This document shows, in pieces, positions 8,567 through 16,051 of a stretch of 64,000 nucleotides of DNA. The notes under the pieces are model-generated. The model searched no databases, was not told the DNA's origin, and saw nothing but the letters and a program-made list of their open reading frames with translations. Position numbers and translations under genes: made by a program. Source of the stretch: a virus; IMG/VR virus record IMGVR_UViG_3300049460_000150, positions 15,113 through 79,112 of that record; one strand, written 5' to 3'. Each line of letters begins with the position of its first letter. The stretch's first letter is position 1.

Positions 8567-11008
8567 ATGTCTATCGAAACCCCTACCATCTTCGCCTCCA
8601 CCGCCCCTGCGTATTTCGCTGCTGGAATGTCCGTAATTCCACTGCACGTCCGCGAGAAGAAACCAGTGCCAAACGACTGGTCCATGTTCCACGATTTGTT
8701 GCCTGCCAAGGAGCTGCAAAACCAGTGGTTGGCTGGCAATCCAAACTCCAACATTGGTCTGGTCCTGGGCCGTCAGTCCGGCGTGACCATGATCGACATC
8801 GACACGGACGATGAAAAAATCTACTCCGCCATCATGGGTTGTCTGCCTCATTCGCCATGGCATCGTCGTGGTAAAAAAGGCATGATGATCGCCTTCAAAT
8901 TCAGCGGACATAAGACCTTCCGAATCAAGAATATGTCTGGTCAAACCATGGTCGAGTGTTTGTCGTCCAGGACCCAGTGCGTTTTACCCCCATCGATCCA
9001 CCCAGAAACGCAGCAGCCATACACGTCAAACTGCGAGCTGATAGATGTCGTCGGAAATCTGCACAATCTGCCCACCGATATCGAAGATATGTTACGCACG
9101 GCCATCAAGGCTGCGGGCGTGGACCTTTCTCACTCCGGCTGGAGCCGTGTTACTGACTACGTTTCGAGCGGGTCGCGGGACACGACGCTGACCGAGATGG
9201 CTGGCCTCTTCGCTTTCGCCGTTGTTCGTGGCGAAAGGACGCTGAAGGAAGCCATTGGTATGCTCCAGGCGTATTACAACGAGTATATCGAGACGGTTGC
9301 AGGCGACCAGATCGATGTTGAAAAGCACATTGAGAATCTGATTAAGTTCCTGCACCGCGACGTGCTGGATAAGGGCAAAGTCCTGCCCAAAGGGTGGGAC
9401 GAAGGGTACAGCGCCGAAGATTTGACAAAAATGGGCGTGACTCTGGGCGTGGACCAGACCGAGTGGGCCTTCGATGAAGTCCGCAACTATCTGAAGACCT
9501 GTTTTGAGACCTACGGCGCGGAAGGCAAGGAGCGCGGAGATGCGGTCGAGATCGTCTTGTCACGCATTGCCAAATCCAAGACCCTTTCCAAGATCGATGA
9601 AGACCGGCTGTTGCAGTATATCGTTGATGTCTCAGGTTTGGGCGTCAAGATCAGCACGTTGCGGGCGCGTCTGAAGGAGCTGCGCGCTGGAACTGTGCAG
9701 GGCAACGACCACAGCGAAATCGCCAGGGCTGTTCTGGCAGATTTGAGCCAGTACAATCTGGTGAGGTTCCACACCGGGAAGTTGATGAAGTGGGCAGGCT
9801 CCCACTGGGTCGAAATGGAGATGCACGCCATCAAGAGTTTGGTGTCGAACTCTTACGGTCACTTAGCCGCTTGCAAAAAGGCCAGCGACATCAACGGTAT
9901 CCTCCAAATTCTGATGTATATCGCCGAGCAGGGGATTCAGAAAAAAGTCGTCAAAGGAATTAACTTCGCCAACGGGTTTTTGACGCAGGAATTGAAGCTG
10001 ATTCCCCATGAGCCAGACTTCGGCATGACTTATACGATGCCATTCCGCTACGTTCCAGAGGAAGCTGGACGCTTCCCGATGTTCGACGCCTTCCTTGCGC
10101 GGAGTTGGGGCGCGGACAAGGACTATATTGACAAGGTTATGGCGCTCCAAGAGGCCATGGCGGTGACGTTGTTCGGTCTCGGCTCCATGTTTCAGCGTGC
10201 GATTCTGCTGCACGGTGCGCCGAAATCGGGCAAGACCCAGTTGTTGCGCATCATCGAGACCCTTGTACCAGCAGAAGCACGTACTTCGGTGCCGCCAAAC
10301 CACTGGGATGACAAGTACATGCCAGGGCAGATGGTCGGCAAGATTTTGAACATCTGCGGCGAGCTGTCCGACAAGAAGCTTATCGACGGCCAATCCTTCA
10401 AGGACATCGTTGACGGGAGTGAGCGCAGTGGTCAGCACAAATATGGTGCCATTTTCAGCTTCCGTCCTTTGCTGACTCACTGGTTCGCCTCGAACCACAT
10501 TCCGCGCACGGCGGATACGTCCAGCGGTTTCATTCGTCGGTGGCTGTTTTTGACGTTCCATTTCCCGGTACAAGATGGGGCCATTGTTGCAGACATTGGC
10601 GACATCATTGCAGCCCAGGAGCGCGAGGCCATTGTATCGTGGGCGGCGCAAGCAATGCCGCGTCTGTTGAAGAAGGGCGATTACACCACGCCGGACAGTC
10701 ACCGGATGCTAGTAAATGAGTTCGCAAATATGAACAACTCTGTCCGTTACTACATGCGTGAAAGTGGAAAGATTACTTTCGACCACGCGGGCCACGCGGC
10801 TAGTAAGCTTTTTGCCACAGAAATGTCGCTGTACAACTCCTACTGGGCTTTCTGTGCTGGCGCTGGTGGGCTGAAGCCGGTGGGCCAGCAACGTTTCCGG
10901 GCGATCATGCGTGAGCTGCAACCAGAGCTTGGCTTTAAGCTCGAAGTAGCCCAGACAACGCTGGGCGGAACCGAGGCAGTCTACCGTGGGATGTCTATAC
11001 ACGTATAG
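8567..11008 (+). CDS. bifunctional primase-polymerase fused to D5-like SF3 helicase
   Basis: N-terminal Prim-Pol motifs (NIGLVLG, IDIDTD, VLPPSIHP), PriCT-like GSRDTTL, D5_N INFANG, Walker A GAPKSGKT, FASNHIP, FIRRW. Confidence 0.9.
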   Translation: MSIETPTIFASTAPAYFAAGMSVIPLHVREKKPVPNDWSMFHDLLPAKELQNQWLAGNPNSNIGLVLGRQSGVTMIDIDTDDEKIYSAIMGCLPHSPWHRRGKKGMMIAFKFSGHKTFRIKNMSGQTMVECLSSRTQCVLPPSIHPETQQPYTSNCELIDVVGNLHNLPTDIEDMLRTAIKAAGVDLSHSGWSRVTDYVSSGSRDTTLTEMAGLFAFAVVRGERTLKEAIGMLQAYYNEYIETVAGDQIDVEKHIENLIKFLHRDVLDKGKVLPKGWDEGYSAEDLTKMGVTLGVDQTEWAFDEVRNYLKTCFETYGAEGKERGDAVEIVLSRIAKSKTLSKIDEDRLLQYIVDVSGLGVKISTLRARLKELRAGTVQGNDHSEIARAVLADLSQYNLVRFHTGKLMKWAGSHWVEMEMHAIKSLVSNSYGHLAACKKASDINGILQILMYIAEQGIQKKVVKGINFANGFLTQELKLIPHEPDFGMTYTMPFRYVPEEAGRFPMFDAFLARSWGADKDYIDKVMALQEAMAVTLFGLGSMFQRAILLHGAPKSGKTQLLRIIETLVPAEARTSVPPNHWDDKYMPGQMVGKILNICGELSDKKLIDGQSFKDIVDGSERSGQHKYGAIFSFRPLLTHWFASNHIPRTADTSSGFIRRWLFLTFHFPVQDGAIVADIGDIIAAQEREAIVSWAAQAMPRLLKKGDYTTPDSHRMLVNEFANMNNSVRYYMRESGKITFDHAGHAASKLFATEMSLYNSYWAFCAGAGGLKPVGQQRFRAIMRELQPELGFKLEVAQTTLGGTEAVYRGMSIHV

Positions 11009-11030
11009 AGGTCGGAAATGTTGCAGTTTT

Positions 11031-11052
11031 AGCCCGCTTTGGCGGGCTTTTT
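11031..11052 (+). terminator. intrinsic terminator
   Basis: AGCCCGC-TTTG-GCGGGCT followed by a T run. Confidence 0.8.
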
Positions 11053-11116
11053 CTTTGGGTAAAAGAAAGGTTACTTTCATGTACGAAAGGTTGAGCAATT
11101 TTCAATCAAAATACCC

Positions 11117-11144
11117 TTGACTTTGAGTGTGGATATGGTACATT
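11117..11144 (+). promoter_or_regulatory. sigma70-like promoter for the 11247 gene
   Basis: TTGACT-16 nt-TACATT with extended -10 TG. Confidence 0.6.
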
Positions 11145-11246
11145 GAAGGCTCACTCACTAGCAGAGTAATAGTAATGGTCAAAAACAGGCCACTTGTAGG
11201 GGGTCGTATCGCCACCCTTTAATCCACTTTTCCATAGGGGAAAATC

Positions 11247-12209
11247 ATGAGCACTTCTAGCATTCAACCAAGCCCACGCAAACCTTCCAAATCCACGAAG
11301 GCATCCGCGCTCCAAATTCCAGTTCCATCGACCCCAGCAAAAGGTCGTCGTAGTCAGGTATCACTCCCAGGCGAGGCACCGACCGGGGCAAAGCGTCCAA
11401 GCCCAGGCCAGCGCTCGCCCCGACTCAGTGGTATGCACGACCTGTCCTTCAACACATGCGTTAAAACGCTGTCTGGCATCACGATCTCGCGCCAGGGGCT
11501 TTTGCAACTGGAACTGGCCGTTGGTCTCGCCGTGTTCCTGGACTTCGGAGTTGCAGATCGTGCGGCCAAGACCATGCTGCAAGAAGTCTACTCAAAAGCG
11601 GGCTATGATTGTGCTGATTCGGCGGCCCCACACTATAAGACGGTCAATCGCCGGATTCAGGCCAGTGCGGCGCTGTTCGGCAAGATCAGCCTGGAGGTCC
11701 TAAACCACTGGGTAGACGGCAAGAAAGAGGGCAAGCTTTTGCAGGCCATCGCCCAGGAGATTGTGGAGTTTGGTTTCAAGTCCATGGACGACGTTCTGGA
11801 CCACGTTGGGCGCGCAAGCAATCGCGGGCCTGCCGTGGAGGGCCAGGAGGTTGGTGTCGCGGAGGCCGGTTCGGGCACTCGCGGCAGGAAGGCAAATACG
11901 GCCTTCGATATCCAGGTCGGAGACGACGTGGTTGTGCATCTGCCGCGCAAGCTGACGGAGGCAAATCTTGTCGAGCTGGCAACCAAAATCATGGCGCTGG
12001 CCCAGGTGATCCACGACCAGGAGGCTGCTGCTAAGGCCCAGGAGGCGGCAGACGCAGCAGCGGGTCTGATAGCACCGCTGGAGGCCCAGGACGGCGCTCA
12101 GGCGGTTCTGGGCGGTCCAGAGGGCGAGGCTCCCCCGGCAGGCGCGGGTGTTGGCCCGCAGGACGTTGCCGGTGACGTAGTGGTTGTCGGGGGCCGGAAA
12201 CGGCACTAA
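11247..12209 (+). CDS. unknown protein, paralogue A (shares a core domain with 12612-13436)
   Basis: 320 aa; core LELAV...AGY.C....YKTVNRR...F.KI...W...GF...DDVLD.VG is shared with the 12612 ORF; has its own promoter and terminator. Confidence 0.75.
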   Translation: MSTSSIQPSPRKPSKSTKASALQIPVPSTPAKGRRSQVSLPGEAPTGAKRPSPGQRSPRLSGMHDLSFNTCVKTLSGITISRQGLLQLELAVGLAVFLDFGVADRAAKTMLQEVYSKAGYDCADSAAPHYKTVNRRIQASAALFGKISLEVLNHWVDGKKEGKLLQAIAQEIVEFGFKSMDDVLDHVGRASNRGPAVEGQEVGVAEAGSGTRGRKANTAFDIQVGDDVVVHLPRKLTEANLVELATKIMALAQVIHDQEAAAKAQEAADAAAGLIAPLEAQDGAQAVLGGPEGEAPPAGAGVGPQDVAGDVVVVGGRKRH

Positions 12210-12237
12210 ACTGAAGACGCTTAGAGAGCGTTGGTTT

Positions 12238-12269
12238 GCCGGAGGGGTCTAGGCCCCTTCGGCTTTTTT
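12238..12269 (+). terminator. intrinsic terminator after paralogue A
   Basis: GCCGGAGGGGT-CTAG-GCCCCTTCGGC followed by T6. Confidence 0.75.
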
Positions 12270-12362
12270 ACGTTTATGGGCAGGAAAACTTGGGCGGAAT
12301 GTGCGGCAAGAAGGTGGGCAAGAAGGTGGACCTCTTTCTGGTAAGGGAGCGGCACCGTTTAA

Positions 12363-12406
12363 GGGGCCTGGAGAGGGGGCCTGGAGAGGGGGCCTGGAGA
12401 GGGGGC
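12363..12406 (+). repeat. 13-bp G-rich tandem repeat (GGGGGCCTGGAGA x3)
   Basis: seen directly; preceded by GCAAGAAGGTGG x2 near 12306-12329. Confidence 0.85.
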
Positions 12407-12611
12407 GGGATCAGGCCCGTTATATGGTGCAAAATGGTTGCAAAAATTTTTCAAAATTTTTTCCAAAACGTGAGACCTCTATACCCGACCCAAGCCCTCG
12501 CCACAAGCTCAAAAAAGCCCTATACTCTTAGTCATGCAGTCAGGTAAAGCAAGGTCCCGGAAACGGGACCACGCAAGGCCCCTGCTAACCCTATCAATCT
12601 GATATAAGGAA

Positions 12612-13436
12612 ATGACCATGAAAACCGCTGTCCAATCCACGCAAGGCCAAGGCACCACTACGTCCATCGACTATACCGTCCTGACGCTGGCAATCGCAAA
12701 CGCTGCACTGTCGCGCCGCGCCGCGCTGCACATGGAGCTGGCCGTATCGCTGATTCACTTCACGCAAGAAACGGGCGGCACTGACGCGACCGGCAAGGCC
12801 AACATGAAGGCCATCTACCATGGCGCGGGTTATCTGTGCATGGCTAAGAGTGACCGCGATTATAAAACGGTTAATCGTCGCTTGAATGCCATGGCTAAAG
12901 TGTTCGATAAAATCGGCTCCAGCACGGTCAACGAATGGATCGAGAACAAAGGCGATACAGATAGTATGCTCGCCTACGTGCAAACTGAATTGCTGGCGTA
13001 TGGCTTCGATACGTTGGATGATGTACTTGATTATGTTGGCGTAGAAACTAACAGAACCCGTGCGCCGCGCCAACCAGCCGCGCCGGTAGCAATCACGGTC
13101 CCGGAAACGGGACCAGCACCGGCAGCAGCAGCAGCGCCAGCGGTAGCAGTTCTGCCAACGTTCGACGCGGCACAAGTGCGCGCTGAAATGATGGCTAACA
13201 TGTCACCCGATGCGATCCGTGAATTCTGCGCGCAAATGCTGGCCGATGTCGCTGCACTGGAGCAAGCACAGATTGACGCTGAAACGGCAGCAGCAGCAGC
13301 GCCAGCAGCAGCAGCAGCAGCAGCAGCACCGGCAGCAGTCGTGCCGATGAATAGCAAGGCACGCAAACAGGCAAAGAAACAGGCGCATATCGCGGCGCAG
13401 CAGCAGCAGCAGCAGCAGCAGCGCGCAGCAGCATAA
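12612..13436 (+). CDS. unknown protein, paralogue B, with poly-Ala/poly-Gln tail
   Basis: 274 aa, AAGGA RBS; same core as 11247; 18-bp element upstream, inside and downstream. Confidence 0.8.
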   Translation: MTMKTAVQSTQGQGTTTSIDYTVLTLAIANAALSRRAALHMELAVSLIHFTQETGGTDATGKANMKAIYHGAGYLCMAKSDRDYKTVNRRLNAMAKVFDKIGSSTVNEWIENKGDTDSMLAYVQTELLAYGFDTLDDVLDYVGVETNRTRAPRQPAAPVAITVPETGPAPAAAAAPAVAVLPTFDAAQVRAEMMANMSPDAIREFCAQMLADVAALEQAQIDAETAAAAAPAAAAAAAAPAAVVPMNSKARKQAKKQAHIAAQQQQQQQQRAAA

Positions 13437-13517
13437 TGTGGCACGGTAGCGGTCCCGGAAACGGGACCGCATCGCAAGTAAATAACGGTCCCGTTAACGG
13501 GACAGGCACCGGAGGAA

Positions 13518-13640
13518 ATGTACATGCAATGGATCGTGTCTGAATTGGCCGTTTGGCCGCTGTCGCATTTTGTCGGGCTGGCGCTGGATGTCGCCGTGAT
13601 CGTTTGGCTGTGGAAGTCCACGCCTATCCGTTTGAAATAA
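13518..13640 (+). CDS. 40-aa hydrophobic membrane peptide (below the ORF-track cutoff)
   Basis: GGAGGA RBS; MYMQWIVSELAVWPLSHFVGLALDVAVIVWLWKSTPIRLK; bracketed by 18-bp elements. Confidence 0.7.
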   Translation: MYMQWIVSELAVWPLSHFVGLALDVAVIVWLWKSTPIRLK

Positions 13641-13674
13641 CGGTCCCGTTTCCTGGACCTTCACCGGAGGATTT

Positions 13675-13920
13675 ATGTCTGAATTCAACATGGCCGCATG
13701 GCTGAAAAAGCGTTTGGCTGATCCATCGCTTTCGACCACGGAGTATTTACATCACGAGCGTGCTTTGCAGGACATCGAATTTCGCCAGCGTGTGCTGGAC
13801 GCGGAGTATGCCCACAAGGAACGTATGCTGGCGCTGGAGGCCGAACAGGCTGATTTCCAGCGCCGCATCGGCGCGGCACATGCCAAATTGGACGCGCTCG
13901 GCGCTCCGCGTTTTTCGTGA
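13675..13920 (+). CDS. small coiled-coil hypothetical protein
   Basis: GGAGGA RBS, 81 aa, bracketed by 18-bp elements. Confidence 0.75.
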   Translation: MSEFNMAAWLKKRLADPSLSTTEYLHHERALQDIEFRQRVLDAEYAHKERMLALEAEQADFQRRIGAAHAKLDALGAPRFS

Positions 13921-13968
13921 ACAAAACGGTCCCGTTTCCGGGACCGGCACCGTTGAAAGGGTTTCCAA

Positions 13969-14349
13969 ATGGCTGGCATGAGCGACAATCCCCTCGTGGG
14001 GGACTACACCAAGGGCATTTCCAAGGGTCGGCAATACTTCGTGGAGTTGCGCACGAGGTTCTTCCTTGAGAAAGCTGACCTGAAACACGTCACTTTGGAC
14101 CTCCAAATGGGGCTGTTCAAGGAGGCAAAGGCGTTCACTGACGCTTTCGTGAAGCTGAATCACCTAGACCGTTTTGGGCCGGTGCCGGTCCCGAAAACGG
14201 GACCGAAAAGCGTTGCTTTGCGTTCAACTCCATTGGCGCAGAAGCAACGAGTTATCCACAGGCCGACTTCGACAATTGCGAAAAACGCAAGCCTGAAAGT
14301 TTCTGCGTTGCAAGACATTAGGTTGCTTTACATGCAACTTTGTGGATAA
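13969..14349 (+). CDS. hypothetical protein (3' end overlaps DnaA boxes)
   Basis: 126 aa after an 18-bp element; stop codon lies within the DnaA box at 14341. Confidence 0.5.
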   Translation: MAGMSDNPLVGDYTKGISKGRQYFVELRTRFFLEKADLKHVTLDLQMGLFKEAKAFTDAFVKLNHLDRFGPVPVPKTGPKSVALRSTPLAQKQRVIHRPTSTIAKNASLKVSALQDIRLLYMQLCG

Positions 14350-14472
14350 CTCGCGTTTTTCTGTGGATAGTTTTTCTGGCCCTGTGAATAACTTATTTTT
14401 GCCTAAAAAATAGGCAGAAAACAGCGTTTTTTGTGGATAAGTCGGTGGATAACGCTAAAAAGCTGTGGATAA
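14252..14472. promoter_or_regulatory. cluster of seven DnaA boxes
   Basis: TTATCCACA 14252(+); TGTGGATAA 14341, 14432, 14464; TGTGGATAG 14362; TGTGAATAA 14383; GGTGGATAA 14444 (all six on the minus strand). Confidence 0.85.
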
Positions 14473-14476
14473 ACCG

Positions 14477-15086
14477 GCTTGATAGTCTCATCCACTTTCG
14501 GGGCGAGCGCCTGAAATTTCGGGTTTTCTGTAACGAATGATGGGCCGAATGGTCTAGACCATTTGTGGTCATTTTGACAGGATTTTTGGGAGGATGATAC
14601 TATCATCCCCCCATTTGCTTGCACATCGGACGAGAAAATGCAAGCGCTAAATCTGCCTAAAAATGAGGCAAATCGTTGTGCAGCGCAATATTTTGGCCTT
14701 TGGATGATAGTCTCATCCCCTTTTGGGGGCCAGGACAGGCACCGGGCGATGGCGAGGTCCCGGAAACGGGACCGGAGCGGCGGGTAGGAACCACAGGGAG
14801 GGGATGCAGACGTGATGGCGATGAAATGGGCTTGGCTTTGCGCTCGATTTTGCGCTCGCTTTTGCGCTCGCTTTTGCGCTCGCTTTTGCGCTCGATTTCC
14901 GATCACTTTTGCCTTCGCTTTTGCGCTTGGTTTGTGGTAAGGGGACGGCACCGGCTTTTCCTTTCCTTTCGTTATCTTCTCTCTTTTTCTAATTACTCTT
15001 TAGGGTTGAAGGGGGGATGATAGTATAAAAGGGTAAAGAGAAAAGAGTTACTTTTAAGAAATAAAGAGAGGATGAGACTATCATCT
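14477..15086. repeat. 17-bp palindrome family GGATGAKA-S-TMTCATCC (iteron/operator-like)
   Basis: 14477-14493, 14592-14608, 14702-14718, 15070-15086, plus a half-site at 15015; sister copy at 7941. Confidence 0.8.
14836..14930 (+). repeat. 12-bp tandem repeat TTTTGCGCTCG(C/A) x5 plus degenerate copies
   Basis: seen directly. Confidence 0.9.
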
Positions 15087-15208
15087 AAAAAATTCTGGAC
15101 CCCTGCCGGTCCCGGTCCCGTCGCCAACTAATGCCCAATTTTTAGGCAGTGTTTTCGGTGCCTTTTCCGACCCCAAAAAGTTGCCGAAAAGTGCATAAAA
15201 TGCCCCTC

Positions 15209-15245
15209 AAATTTGCCTAAAATTTGCCTAAAACTTGCCTAAAAA
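15209..15245 (+). repeat. 11-bp tandem repeat AAATTTGCCTA x3
   Basis: seen directly; one-helical-turn period. Confidence 0.8.
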
Positions 15246-15701
15246 TTGAGCATTTCTCGTGCTGCCGATCCACATCCTGATCCACATCCACATCCAAAAT
15301 CTGCACCAATTTTCGTTAAGGGGAACATCCATGCGCAACGTCATTCCGACCCAAAAGCGGTCATCACTTTTAGCCTCCCTCACCCGCCCAATTTCCATAC
15401 CCGCCTGGGTGCCCATTTTCATCACCCTCACCAACATGGTTTCCATCACCATTTTGGTCATCGCCAACCGAGACATCTTCGCAGCATGGTTCCACGGCTA
15501 AATGCAAGGGGTAAAGCTGCCGCCCTCCCACTGCCCGGTCCCGTTTCCGGGACCCGCCACAACCCTGGCCCCAGCATGGACCCCCAAAGCGATCAGAATC
15601 GCCCACAGGGCGTTTTTGGCTTATAATGAGTACCGTTCCACCACTGGCTCCATAATCGCCACCTGAGCGGTTTTAGAGCCTTCTAACAAAGGAGTGACAA
15701 A

Positions 15702-16049
15702 ATGACATCCCACCACACTACCCCGGCCCCGGCCCCGGCCCCGGCCCGGGACGAGACCGTTTCCAACCCCCGCGCCCACCACCTCGGCCATCGCCTTTAC
15801 CTCTCCCCTTTGGCGGCGATTAAATCCATACTCCCGGCCACCACTTTTTACGCGCCCAATTTCGCCTCCAAATGCCAAGACACGCTCATGGAAATGACCG
15901 AACCATTCGATGGTGACGATTTGTTCGTCGCCCTCAACCTCCTGGCCCTCTCGGAAGGCATCCTGCTTTATCGCTTTTACGAGCCGCAAATTACCACCCT
16001 CAATCACGCCGTCACCATCATCAAATACTACGCAATAAGGAAGCCTTAA
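15702..16049 (+). CDS. hypothetical early protein
   Basis: GGAGTGACAAAATG start signal; first gene after the control region. Confidence 0.65.
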   Translation: MTSHHTTPAPAPAPARDETVSNPRAHHLGHRLYLSPLAAIKSILPATTFYAPNFASKCQDTLMEMTEPFDGDDLFVALNLLALSEGILLYRFYEPQITTLNHAVTIIKYYAIRKP

Positions 16050-16051
16050 AA

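Larger units (their letters stand above)
14400..15252. promoter_or_regulatory. four Fis-consensus-like 17-bp sites (TGCCTAAAAAWKRRGCA)
   Basis: 14400-14416, 14654-14670, 15132-15148 (reverse), 15236-15252; fit G-N2-YR-W5-YR-N2-C with 0-1 mismatch. Confidence 0.55.

Noticed and set aside
13451-14204. CRISPR-like reading of the clustered 18-bp palindromes
   Set aside because: Spacers range from 18 to over 250 bp, contain genes, and repeat orientation flips; no cas genes are visible.
14403-15626. ORFs 14403-14951(-), 14676-15020(+), 15246-15626(+, His-rich) and overlapping ones
   Set aside because: Their translations simply mirror DNA repeats (RAQK, RSLL, HP runs), they lack an RBS, and they lie in the repeat-rich control region; probably non-coding.
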